NCBI RefSeq assembly: GCF_006345805.1
Contig: NC_042999.1
Span: 166,656,001 to 166,720,000 of the forward strand
DNA length: 64,000 nt
Reading direction: 5' to 3'
DNA from: Octopus sinensis
Lineage: Eukaryota
Shown here: positions 23,931 through 36,126 of the stretch, in pieces
Layout of the letters: each line of letters starts with the position of its first letter
Numbering within the stretch: the first letter of the stretch is position 1
Program-made: the position numbers and the translations under genes
The notes under the pieces: model-generated
What the model was told of the DNA's origin: nothing
Databases searched by the model: none
Seen by the model: only the letters and a program-made list of their open reading frames with translations

Positions 23931-25939
23931 CCCCATCATGACTATAACCACAGGTCCCCTGCCTCGACCTTCCACCAATGCCCTTGGGCCCGGTAAAAAG
24001 AGTTTGACCAAGACACACCAATGCACTCATGTACACTCCTATAAGGTGGACATCATGCATATAACTATCCCCCACCACCCCAACACAATCCCTCACAAAT
24101 TGATAGTTTGGTTGATACAGTGAGATAGAAATATACGTGGATTGATAAATAGACAGGTGGACAGATCGATAGGTGGATAGATAGGCTAGACAGATTAAGG
24201 CATAGATGAGAGTATCAAAGAAATCCAATATTTAGAAGGAATACATTGTTTAAAACAAAGTAGGCATTGATGTATTTTGCTCTTCAGAGGAAAATCTGAA
24301 GAACTTCATTAACTGAAATGAATTTTTTTGAGCCATTGCTATTGAAGTTGAATGCTGAGTAACTGTTAGCTCACTATGCTGTGGATATCTTCAACATAAC
24401 ATCATAGTGGCAATATCATGGTTTGGGGCTACATATATGGAAAAAGGATTGTTCCCTTTTTGTGATCAAAGGTTTCATGAACAAAAGATCTTACAGTCGA
24501 CTATGTTTTCCGATGACAAAAGTCATTTAGGCCAGTCGTCAATTTTTGCTGCATGACACTCTAAAGTAATACCCCTGGAATAATCAAGGAATTCATTAAA
24601 AGCAGGAACATCTAAGTACTGTGGTGCCCAGAACAATTCCTGGATGGAAATCTAATAGAAAACCTACGAAAATGAGTTGATATGAATAGGAAATCCATGA
24701 AATAGGACTGAGTTTTATGATTATATAACCAGTCTGTTTTGACTTGGTTTCTACAGCTGGATGCCCTTCCTAATGCCAACCAGTTTACAGAATATACTGG
24801 GTGCTTATGGCACCATCACCAGTGCTTTTTACGTGGCACTTGTCACCAAATGCTTTTTACGTGACCCCAGCACCAGAGCTTTTTGCATAGCTTATTAAAT
24901 GTAGGATTATTGTAACTTTTACCACCACCACCATAATAATAATAATAATGGTTTCAAATTTTGGCACAAGGCCAGCATTTTCGAGGAAGGGTAAGTCGAT
25001 TACATAGACCCCAGTGGGGTGGAATTTGAACTCAGAACGTAAAGATGGATGAAATATCATAATAATAGTCTTTTCTGAAATTTCAGGGAAGGGGGCTTAA
25101 TGACATCGACCCCAGTGCTCAACTGGTACTTATTTTATTGACCTTGAAGGCAAAGTCAACCTTGGAAGAATTTGAACTCAGACCATAAATACAGACAAAA
25201 TGCTAAGCAGTATTTTATCTGGCATGTTAACAATTCTGTTGGCTGTCCAATAATAACTTTTTCTGCTCTAGGCACAGGGGAGGAGGTAAATTGACTGGTA
25301 CTTTGTTGCTGACGATATGTGCATCTCTGGTCATGAGCAGAAGTAGTGAAGGAGCATCATAGCCATGTGTCGAGAGGAACTCTTTGGGGTTTCAATAATT
25401 CACCTTTGGAAATATGGGTGTTTCATTCAATATCCTTAAACAACTCTTATTCAGAGACCTTTTGAGTGGGATCAGCTACTTGACCTAAAGAAAATTCCAA
25501 CTGGGCCCACCTGCAAGGTCATGTGTTGCTTATCTTGATACGAATTCACCATGTTGCGCACATATGGTTATGATGCATGTGCCTGGTGTACCCTTATCAG
25601 ATGGGTAGTCATGATGGGTATATTGGGCTTCGTATATTTGTACCCCTGTGTCACTTTGATGGCATGCCCTGCTCCCACACTCAATGATGACAATAATAAT
25701 AATAATCTTTTCTTTATTAATCACTGAAGGTTCATATAAAAGATTGAGGATGGTACAAGACAATGCAAAACAAGTGGAATTAGAATGTGTAAACAAAGGA
25801 AAATGATAAAAGTTATTAACAAGTAAAAACTTCAAAAGAGGGAAACCCCACAAAACCACAATCATCCTGATCTCTAGGGCAAGTGCTCTCTCCTCTTCTT
25901 CTAACCTTGATCTAGTCTTATGCTTAGAGTAGGCCCATT

Positions 25940-27400
25940 CACTTGGGCTATTCATACTACATTCACCCACCTTTTGATAAAATTGCTGGGAGGCAACCCT
26001 TCCCTCTCTATACTCACTTTCCTTTTCAATTGGAACTTGAAAAAGTCGAGGGTTTGGCCGAAGAGGAAAGTGTTTGTCTTCAGCCTATTCAATTTGGTTC
26101 ACCATAAAACCCCTTTCGCTAAGGCTACCAGACAAAGTAACACTGCTTGCCCTTCTCGGTCAAAGAAAGGTGGCAGGGCAATCTTCACAATGGACTCAGC
26201 TGAGAGCCAGATCTGTCCTACACGTGACAGCAAGTGTTTGACATAAAGGCTCAGCTGACAGCACTTCCATGTCTAGAGTTTACCCCGAACTGGCCAGGTC
26301 AGGGATTTCTAGAAGTTATCCATAGGCCCCAGCTCAAAAATCCTCCAGAACAAACCAGCCAGCTCATTGTCGTTGATGTCCAGAGTTTCCCCAAGAATGC
26401 TGACACACTTGCCTGCCACTAATCCTCTATAGAAAGCCTGAGTAGAATTGCCAGTGGCTGCATTGCCTGACTGATAGGTGGCTGAACACCTGGCAACATT
26501 CTGGGTGCTAGGTGCCTCGCTTTGGTTTACACTTGATCCAGGACCACAGCTCTGACAAAGAGACAAGCTGTGGGAAGCTCTCTGACAAAAGGCAACCACC
26601 GTTCAGGAATCTCTGGAGATGTTGCAGCCTCAGCACATGTCTCTGCATCAACAGTGTGCCCAACCCTCTGTTCAGCAAGTGTTGACAGCAAATGGAGTGC
26701 CTGACCAGTGGAATACACACTCCAGTCTGGTCAGACGTAAACTGGGGCAAGGCATGACAGTCAGATATATGATGGAGGTGATGTGTGCATTTACCACCTC
26801 TGCCTGGCTTTTCAGGGATAACTTTCTCTTGGCCCTTTTCTGGGTGAGATTGACCACCCTGCTCATCACCTTGTCCCAGTTCTTTGCCATCTGGAGATCT
26901 GGACTGAAGTAGACCCTGAGAAATTTATCTGGTCTTTCTGCCGAGCGTCCTGTGACCTTATTGGATGGCATGGACCTGCCTCTCCTGGTGCTGAGCTACA
27001 GACCCACTGACTTTTCCTCATTAATTTTTGCCCCTGTCACCACCTCATATTCTTTTAGAGCAGTGCAGACCAGGTCTTTGTGCTTGCTGTCTGACACAGT
27101 TCTCTCATGTCCTAGTTCATGTGAGATGCCTCTTAACACCTCCAATTTCCACAGTAGTGGCTCTAAAGCCAGTTCATACAGAAGAGATGAGAGTGGGCAT
27201 CCTTGACGGAGCGAACACGTGATGTTCATTCATCTGAACTACCAAGCAAATGTTGCTGTACAAAAGCTATCCAGCCATGGAAAATGGGACCGAAACTGGC
27301 CGCCGTGAGGACAGCAGCCAAGTATTGGTGGTTGACCCTATTGAAGCTTTTAGATTGATCCAAATTGATCAAAGTCCCATCCAATAATAATGATTTCAAA
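25940..27400 (-). mobile_element. Older Tx1/L1-clade LINE fragment
   Basis: DQSKSFNRVNH, RQGCPLSSLLY, AKINEEKSVGL. Confidence 0.8.
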
Positions 27401-27671
27401 TTTTGGCACAAGGCCAACAACTTCAGGGGAGAGGGTAATTCAATTACATCGACCCTAGTTTTCAGCTGGTACTTATTTTATTGACCCTGAAAAGATGAAA
27501 GGCAAAGTCGACCTCAGTAGCATTTGGACTCAGAACATAGAGACGAAATGCTCCCAAGCATTTTTCCCCAGATGCTAATGATTCTGCCAGCTCACTGCAT
27601 TAATAATAATAAAAAATATTAATAATAATGATAAAAAATTAAACATCAGCATCTCATAAATTCATAGATAC

Positions 27672-27837
27672 CTGCTAGCTTGAAAAAATTTTGATAGTAT
27701 CCAAGTTTGCCATCCAAGGCAGAAACTGACATCAAAAGAAATCGAGGAGCAATGGTAATTATGCGCCCAATTCCATCAAAAGAAAAGTTTTTTGATTGCA
27801 AATAACTGATGTTAGCTTCAAGGCTGTTCACATCAAT
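27672..27837 (-). CDS. MTERF3: MTERF3 coding exon 2 (IDVNSLEANISYLQSKNFSFDGIGRIITIAPRFLLMSVSALDGKLGYYQNFFKLA)
   Basis: AG/GT boundaries; 166 nt, phase 0 to 1; resembles the vertebrate YLxSKNFS...LDNRLGFFQ segment. Confidence 0.92.
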
Positions 27838-28146
27838 CTGCAATATAATAAAAACATCAAAGTAAAACAAATATTAAATGAATATGTATACACACACACA
27901 CACACGGTCATTCCAAACATAATCAGAAAACACGACGATCACCTCAGATTTCTTTCAAACTAAGTAGATATATTACTTCTTTTCTAATGTCTAAGTCATG
28001 CCAAATCTCAGATTTCCAGGTCCTCTGATATCTGAGATATACCCCATCCCCTGGAATTTTAGGGCTTTATGCTAATTTTTGATACTAACAGGTCTAAAAA
28101 ATAACTCCTATTTGTCTTGCTGACTTGCGGAAGTTCATGGTTCTGT

Positions 28147-30025
28147 CATCATCATCATCGTTTAGCATCCGTTTTCCATGCTAGCATGGGTTGGACGGTT
28201 CAACTGGGGTCTGTGAAGCCAGAAGGCTCATCAGGCCTAGTCAGATCTGGCAGTGTTTCTACGGCTGGATGCCCTTCCTAACGCCAACCACTCCGTGAGT
28301 GTAGTGGGTGCTTTTTACGTGCCACCCGCACAGGTGCCAGAGCTGGCAAACGGTCACGAACGGATGGTGCTTTTTATGTGCCACCGGCAAGGGGGCCAGG
28401 CGAGGCTGGCAACGGACACGAACGGATGGTGCTTTTTACGTGCCACCGGCACGAGGCCAGACGGGACGACGCTGGCAATTGTCACGAACGGATGGTTTTC
28501 TTACCTGCCACTGGCACTGGTAACACATCTGCAATTTCCATTGATCAATTTCGATTCTGATCCTCACTTGCCTCAACAGGTCTTCACAAGTAGAGTTTTG
28601 TGTCCCAAGAAGGGAAGGTATGCATACGTAGGCTGGCTCCATCCCATGTAGAAGGCCATGGGTTATGAACTCACTTGTCCTGCCGGGTCTTCTCGCGCAC
28701 AGCACACTTCCAGAGGTCTCGGTCTCAAGTCATTTCCTCAGTGAGACCTAAAGTTCGAAGGTTGTGCCTTCACCACCTCGTCCCAGGTTTTCCTGGGTCT
28801 GCCTCTTCCGCAGGTTCCCTCAACCGCTAGGGTGTGACACTTTTTCACACAACTATCTTCATCCATTCTCGCCACATGCCCATACCAGTGCAAACGTCTC
28901 TCTTGCACACCACAACTGATGCTTCTTAGGTCCAGCTTTTCTCTCAAGGTACTTACACTCTGCCGAGTATGACTACTGACATTACACATACATCGGAGCA
29001 TACTGGCTTCATTTCTTGCGAGCTTACGCATATCCTCAGCAGTCACAACCCATGTTTCACTGCCATGTAGCATGGCTGTTCGTACACATGCATCATACAG
29101 TCTGCCTTTTACTCTGTGTGAGAGGCCTTTTGTCACCAGCAGAGGTAAGAGCTCTCTGAACTTTGCCCAAGCTATTCTTACTCTAGCAGTTACACTTTCA
29201 GCACACCCGCCCCCGCTGCTGACTTGGTCACCTAGGTAACGGAAACTATCAACTATTTCTAGTTTTTCTCCCTGGAAAGAGACGGAAGTTGGTCTCAGAG
29301 CATTTTCAGTGTTTATTGTTCCTGAGCATCTGCCACATACAAAAACCATCTTCCTAGTTAGCCTTCCTTTGACATTGCTGCATCTCTTATGTGTCCATAG
29401 CTTACACTTGGTGCATCTTATAGAGTTTCTACCTACACCTTTTCTACAGATCGAGCAGGGCCATCTACCTGAAGGCGTTTGTGATTTGTCTACCTTCCTA
29501 CTGATTACGACTTTGGTTTTAGCTAGATTGACTCTAAGGCCCTTCGATTCTAATCCTTGTTTCCACACCTGAAACTTCTCCTCCAGTTCTGATAGCGACT
29601 CAGCAATTAGAGCAAGGTCATCAGCATAGAGGAGCTCCCAAGGGCATCCTGTCTTGAATTCCTCCGTTATTGCCTGGAGGACTATGATAAATAGGAGGGG
29701 GCTGAGGACTGAGCCTTGGTGGACCCCTACCTCTACCTGGAATTCTTCACTGTACTCGTTGCCAACCTTCACCTTACTTAGTGTCCCTGTACATGGCTTG
29801 CACAGCTCTCACTAACCATTCATCTATCCCTAGTTTCCTCATTGACCACCAGATAAGGGATCGGGGGACCCTGTCGAAGGCTTTCTCCATGTCAGCAAAA
29901 GCCAGGTACAGGGGCTTATCTTTGGCTAGGTATTTCTCCTGCAGCTGCCTTACCAGGAATATAGCATCAGTGGTACTTTTCCCTGGCACAAACCCAAACT
30001 GCATCTCATCTAAACTAACTCTCTC
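28147..30025 (-). mobile_element. RTE-clade LINE, 5'-truncated, with 3' UTR and (GAT)n tail
   Basis: 344-aa ORF with QGSVLSP and YADD; FADMEKAFDRVPR upstream after a 2-bp frameshift. Confidence 0.95.
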
Positions 30026-31276
30026 TCTAATTAGTTACATCTCTTTTACTTGTTTCAGGCATTTGACTGCGGCCATGCTGGTGCACCGCCTTTAATCGAG
30101 CAACTTGATTTGTAAGCCCAGTACTTATTCTATCGGTCTCTTTTGCTGAACCACTAAGTAACGGGGACATAAACACACCAGCATCGGTTGTCAAGCAATG
30201 CTAGGGGGACAAACACACACACGCATAGATATATATATATATATATGACGGGCTTCTTTTAGTTTTCGTCTACCAAATCCACTCACAAGGCTTTGGTCGG
30301 CCCGAGGCTATAGTAGAAGACACTTGCCTAAGGTGTCACGCAGTGGGACTGAACCCGGAACCATGTGGTTGGTAAACAAGCTACTTACCACACAGCCACT
30401 CCTGCGCCTTGTGGATATTAAAAGTGAAAATTATATTTCAATCATTAAAACTTATTTTACAAAAGACAGACAGCTATGAAATTTGCTCATCATTTCTATG
30501 GACTGTTGACATTCTGTGTATAAACTTTTGTTTTAGTGAATATATGAGAAGTCAAGTTATAGAAATTTAAATAAAAAGTATCTGAAATGGAAGTTCACTG
30601 CAGGTGTACCTACTTGACAAACCAGGTTCAAGGTTCATCCTAAAATCTTGTGGTCAGTTTACATTAAATGTAACATGTAGGACAAGAAGCTATCAAATAA
30701 TCCAATAATCAAGTCAATACGAAAAATATGCAAGGGGTCATGAATACTTTTGCAGACCTTCTTCATGCCAAAATTAACAAGCCTTCTGCTCCAGAATATT
30801 CGGTTCTGGGAATCCTATCTTTCTTCAGATGATGTGAAAAGATAAAACCCTTCTGTAACCAGCAGTCACATGGGGAGTGAATGCAAAACTGCTCACAATG
30901 GGTTAAACATGCTGAAAGATCAAGAAGGGAGTAAGTAAAGGACTAAAGAGTGAGAGGTGATAAGCAATAGGGGTAGGGCTAAAAGTCGTGAATAGTGAAC
31001 ACAGGAGGCGTGGTCAATGATAATTATGAATGGTGGGAAGATAAGAATGAGGGAAAAATGTTAATAAAAGTGGTTCAAAAGGAGAAAAGAAAGAAAAAAA
31101 AACTCCCCAAAACTCAGTTTCCAAAATAATATCACACAATTAACTTCCATGGGACATACATACTTGGTAAGTCCACTCAACTAGCAAATATGAGTAGTAC
31201 CTGTATTTCAAAGGGTCAGCCTTAACACATTGTATGACATGCTGAATCTCCCTGAGAAGCATGTTAAGGGCATGCA

Positions 31277-31510
31277 AGGCGGCGAGCTGGCAGAAACGTT
31301 AGCACGCCGGGCGAAATGCTTAACGGTATTTCGTCTGCGTTACGTTGTGAGTTCAAATTCCGCCGAGGTCGACTTTGCCTTTCATCCTTTCGGGGTCGAT
31401 AAATTAAGTACCAGTTACGAACTGGGGTCGATATAATCGACTTAATCCCTTTGTCTGTCCTTGTTTGTTCCCTCTGTGTTTAGCCCCTTGTGGCTAATAA
31501 AGAAACAGGT
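31277..31510 (+). mobile_element. tRNA-derived SINE, family C. Other copies near 6810-7030, 10590-11060, 24955-25260, 27400-27600, 37790-37930, 52675-52860, 58510-60060
   Basis: GAGCTGGCAGAAACGTTAGC head, GAGTTCAAATTCC B-box, GTCGACTTTGCCTTTCATCC core. Confidence 0.85.
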
Positions 31511-31720
31511 TTGCTGGTCTGTGAAGTACTCAGCCACTTGCACATTAATTTCACAAGCAGGGGCAGTTCTGTTTATCACATCAACTGGAACTCCAATGTT
31601 GTAACCGACAGAGTGCCATTGTATATACATACATACTTACATATACACACACTGTTTATGTAAAATAGTATCAGAATGTTTGTCAAAACAAGAATCATTT
31701 AAATATAATGGTCTCAGTAT

Positions 31721-31850
31721 TCATCATCATCATCGTTTAACGTCCGTTCTCCATGCTAGCAAGGGTTGGACGGTTCGACCGGGGATCTGGGAAGCCAGAA
31801 GGCTGCACCAGGCTCCGGTCTTATCTGGCAATGTTTCTACAGCTGGATGC
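31721..31850 (-). mobile_element. Short RTE 3' tail insertion (a shorter one at about 45341-45400)
   Basis: catcatcatcgtttaacgtccgttctccatgctagc motif. Confidence 0.8.
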
Positions 31851-32076
31851 CAATATTTTATATAAATATTCACCCCCTTGACCATACCTTCAAAAATGAT
31901 TCTCTCGGTAAGCAAAAGGAACCTAAAAATAGATGTGAGTGAAAAGTGTCATATATTCATTAGTGACGAGAAATACTAAATAAAAATTTATGAACCTTAG
32001 AATAAATAAATAAATTTTAAAACATCAGTTATGTTGGTTGCCTGTAGGAAGGTACATAACTCTGCCTGTCTCTGCC

Positions 32077-32113
32077 CCTGGACATCTTTCTCAAATTGTG
32101 TGGTCACAGCAGG
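32077..32113 (-). ncRNA. Degenerate minimal hammerhead remnant
   Basis: - strand reads CCTG-CTGTGA-CCACACAATTTGA-GAAA-GATG-TC-CAGG. Stem I is perfect, but the core lacks one A and stems II/III are damaged. Confidence 0.4.
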
Positions 32114-32786
32114 AAAAGATTAATCATGTCATAAGTTAAATCACTCTACTCAATATAACAGTAAAAAAAACCCCAGACAAGCAAAGATTACAGAATCCAT
32201 TACACTCCAGGCTATTATACATGACAAGAAACCACAATAATGAAGAACAAAAAGAAAATGGTTTAACAAGGAGGTGAATTTATGCTAGGTGTTAACAGGA
32301 TAAAGTATAATAGAAAGAAGAAGAAGGAGTTGGTTGAAGTAGAGGAGATAGTTATGGCTATAATGCATTATATAAGGGTAGGTGGGAGTAATTGGAATGA
32401 AACAGGTCAGAGAAATAAACATAGTAGTGAGAGAGTACAGAAGGTGAATAGAAGAGAGTGTGGAGAGAGGAAGATCAAGGAAGGGGGTTAGTAAAGGGGT
32501 GAAGAGTGAGAGATGACTAGCATTAGAGATAGGGGTAAAAGTAATAGAGAACACAGGGGAAGAAGGAGTGGTCAACGGCAAATATGAATGGTGGGAAGAT
32601 GATAACAAATGTCAATAGAAGTGGTTCAAAGGAAAGGAAGTGATGACAAGCAGTCCAAGAGCAGCAGAATAATACAATAAATAAAAATTGAATAAGCACT
32701 GGACACAGCCTCTTCTAACAGGAAAAAAAAAAAAAATGCTGCATGCATCGTAAAACAGACAAAGCTCAATCGCTTTTAATATTTAC

Positions 32787-33584
32787 CTGAAAAAGTAGAG
32801 GATTTTTTGTGATACAATTTCCCAAATCTTTTTCTGAAACGCCATTGCTCATTAAAAAATTCAAATACGGTTGAATATTTGAATCAAAGTCTTGCTTAAG
32901 AATATGATCTGAAGCGCCTTTCACTTTTTCAACATGTGAAAGATCAACACCCAGCTGTACGAGTCGCTGTAATGTTTTTGATTCCTTCACATAAAATGCA
33001 AGATTATAAACTGGTTCTTCTCTAATGAACATGGGTCTATAAACAGTGCTAGGTTTGGTAACACTGGGTAATTTAGCATCAGGTTGTTCTGTATCAGATT
33101 CTTTGTCGATACTTGAGTCATTTGGATAGTGTTCAACAGTTGTTTCATTCTGGGGAAGACTAGATTTTTCAGGAGGTTTTAATACATTTCTCTGTTTTTC
33201 AAAAAAGTCAGTTGTTTTACTGAGATTCTTTTGTTCATCAATTTCTGTTGCAGCAGCAGCCAGTGTTGAAGACTGCTTTCCATCAGGAAAATGGCCTTTG
33301 TCATAAATAAGTGGAGCGGAATGAGGAAAGTTTTGAAGTTTCTTTTCTGCAGCTGTTTCTATAAATGATTTGAAGTATTCATAATTATTTGAAGACAACT
33401 GGTTACTGTTTTCATCTTCAACAGGCTTACTGTTCTCATATTTGCCAGTATTGACCTCTGCAGTTTTTTGATGACAATAACGACAAACTAAGGATAGGCA
33501 TTCTTTTGCTCGGACATGTTGAAGAGAGGATAACAAAAGGGTTTGGTGTTGTCTGAACGTCTGTAGAAAAGGCTTTAAAAGCAT
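32787..33584 (-). CDS. MTERF3: MTERF3 first coding exon: mitochondrial targeting-like N-terminus, low-complexity linker, start of the mTERF repeats
   Basis: ttttcttttacAG acceptor with exon start at 33594; ATG at 33584 (MLLKPFLQTFRQ...); YNLAFYVKESKTLQRLVQLGVDL and NPLLFQ match MTERF3; CAG|GTAAAT donor. Confidence 0.92.
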
Positions 33585-33660
33585 TATTTCATTTCTGTAA
33601 AAGAAAATGGACAAATTTTTTGAAGATGTTTTAATAGAATATTTTAACATTTCATGAAAC

Positions 33661-33850
33661 ATTCTTTTACTTGTTTCAGTCATTTGACTGTGGCCATGCT
33701 GGAGCACCGCCTTTAATCGAGCAACTCGACCCCTTTGGAAGCCCAGTACTTATTCTATTGTCTCTTTTGCCGAACCACTAAGTGACGGGGACGTAAACAC
33801 ACCAGCATCGGTTGTCAAGCAATGCTAGGGAGACAAACACAGACACACAA

Positions 33851-33881
<31 letters not shown>

Positions 33882-34058
33882 ATATATATATACACATATA
33901 CGACGGGCTTCTTTCAGTTTCCGTCTACCAAATCCACTCACAAGACATTGGTCAGCCCGAGGCTATAGTAGAAGACACTTGCCCAAGGTGCCACGCAGTG
34001 GGACTGAACCCAGAACCATGTGGTTGGTAGACAAACTACTTACCACACAGCCACTCCT
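33661..34058 (-). mobile_element. tRNA-derived SINE, family B, with internal (TA)n(TG)n. Other copies near 9310-9630, 11100-11610, 12060-12210, 30040-30410, 36720-37060, 47960-48370 (-) and 40405-40800, 44520-44910, 45500-45790, 51175-51560, 51970-52330 (+)
   Basis: Shared head GGAGTGGCTGTGTGGTAAG...GGTTCAGTCCC and tail GCATGGCCGCAGTCAAATGACTGAAACAAGTAAAAGA. Confidence 0.9.
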
Positions 34059-34444
34059 GGTTAACTTTTGTGAAAAACCATGGAAAAAGTATGTAAGACA
34101 AGAGTGAACATGTAGTCATCATGTTTTTTGGACATAAATAGAACCTAGCTAACTTGATCTCATACTCCAAGTTTTCTTAAAGTTAGCTCAGACGTTCCTA
34201 ACAGGGAGCCTGCACTCCTTGGGTGTAAGAGAGGGGATTTCAGGGAGTATGACATAGAACGAAAATGTTCATTTTATTATTTCAATAAAATAGCTTTTCA
34301 GAATAAAATTATCAACTAACTTTTAAAAAAAAACTTTATTTTATTAAGCACCTCAAGAACTTCATTATTCTACATGTGTAGAATTTATAAGAGATTATAA
34401 TTAAGAATTGTGTTCTCATTCCACTTGTAACGACATACTTCTGC

Positions 34445-34607
34445 CAATCGTGTGGCTGTGTGGTAAGTAGCTTGCTTACCAGCCACATGGTTCCGGGTTC
34501 AGTCCCACTGCACGGCACCTTGGGCAAGTGTCTTCTACTATAGCCTCGGGCCGACCAAAGCCTTGTGAGTGGATTTGGTAGACGGAAACTGAAAGAAGCC
34601 CGTCGTA

Positions 34608-34660
<53 letters not shown>

Positions 34661-34870
34661 TTGTGTGTCTGTGTTTTTCCCCCTAGCATTGCTTGACAAC
34701 CGATGCTGGTGTGTTTATGTCCCCGTCACCTAGAGGTTCGGCAAAAGGGACCGATAGAATAAGTACTGGGCTTACAAACAGAATAAGTCTCGGGGTCGAG
34801 TTGCTCGACTAAAGGCGGTGCTCCAGCATGGCCGCAGTCAAATGACTGAAACAAGTAAAAGAGTAAAAGA
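34445..34870 (+). mobile_element. tRNA-derived SINE, family B
   Basis: Full body and tail; inverted relative to 33661-34058. Confidence 0.9.
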
Positions 34871-36054
34871 GAATCATTTGAACCCACAGACAGACCTGCA
34901 GATCGCAATCAACAAGAAAGTTCCACATTTAAATAAAGTCCTGATTGAGAAGCAAGAGCAAAAAATAATCGAATGTCATGTTCATATTATGATTGATTTC
35001 ACTGTTTACATTTGTTGCTTGCAAATGTTTCGATATACATTTGCATTTTATGCAGTCAAAAAGTAGAATGACTTTTTCACCTTCAACTAAATTAGTCTTT
35101 GGTAGGAAAATTAGTCATTTGTAAAGGGTTGCGGGGCCTAAGAACTGAAAATCTATCTATTTGGATTCCCGGTTGTAATCAATTTAGATTCCTTTGACGA
35201 AGGTATGACTGTCACACAATCTTATTTCGTTTTACTCTAAGTTGGTCATCCTGTGTTCATTGAAAGCAACCGATGCCAATTAGGAAGCGGGCACCTGCAT
35301 CCTTAGCAATTAACTCAGTGGCAGATTGTTTAAAGGGCTAACAAAAATCTGTAAGATAATTATTACTGGCAGATCAGTAAGTAATACACTTTCTTTTGTT
35401 GTATAGAAATATTTCTGAATTTTATTTTTCAGAAATGTCATAAAAGAATTTTGTTAATTTAAAAAGGATTTCGACGGAAAGGAACGGAAATTAGTATAGG
35501 CAATATTTTATTAGTAAAAATAAGAAAGAAAAGTTACAACAGATATAACAATACGAATGTGTTTTTTTTTAGTATCTGTTTCGCCGAAGCAAAAACATTA
35601 AACATAAATATTAGAAACTGGTTTGGAACTTACGACTGCAGAAGTTTGTTTTAGGATGGAACAAGATGCGGGGAGCTTGGCTCAGTTGTTTAGTTTCGTA
35701 AGAGAATGTCTTTGAAAGTATTTAACATAATAGAATAATCTCATAGTTTATGCAAATGAAAATGTGAAAAACCAACAAAATAGATCGAGTCTTTGAAAAT
35801 CATGAAGAAACGAATTTTCTACGAACTTTAGGCCGAGTGAAGTAAATGCCAAAAAAACCCCAAATATATCTAAGCATCGCCTCTCCATGAATTTCATCAA
35901 CGAAATATAAATAAAACGAAATATTTACTTTCCAGAATTATCTAATTACTAAAAATAATAACTTTAAACATAATACTAATTTTCATAAAAAAGAAAGAAA
36001 AGGTTTTTCCTCGTATATATTATATACAACAATTTCTCACATGTGAACCTGTCG

Positions 36055-36126
36055 AGCAGAGTGGCGCAGTGGAAGCGTGCTGGGCCCATAACCCAGAGGT
36101 CCGTAGATCGAAACTACGCTCTGCTA
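36055..36126 (+). tRNA. tRNA-iMet(CAT), initiator
   Basis: AGCAGAG acceptor stem (A1:U72), GGG/CCC anticodon stem, CAT anticodon, GATCGAAA T-loop, oligo-T terminator just downstream. Confidence 0.96.

Noticed and set aside
30785-30850. CTGAAGA hammerhead core on the - strand
   Set aside because: No stem II closing on GAAA and no stem I partner.
33595-33707. [14 protein letters not shown]... as the normal MTERF3 N-terminus
   Set aside because: This is SINE tail plus intron sequence; the same peptide appears in several SINE ORFs, and a good acceptor precedes 33594.
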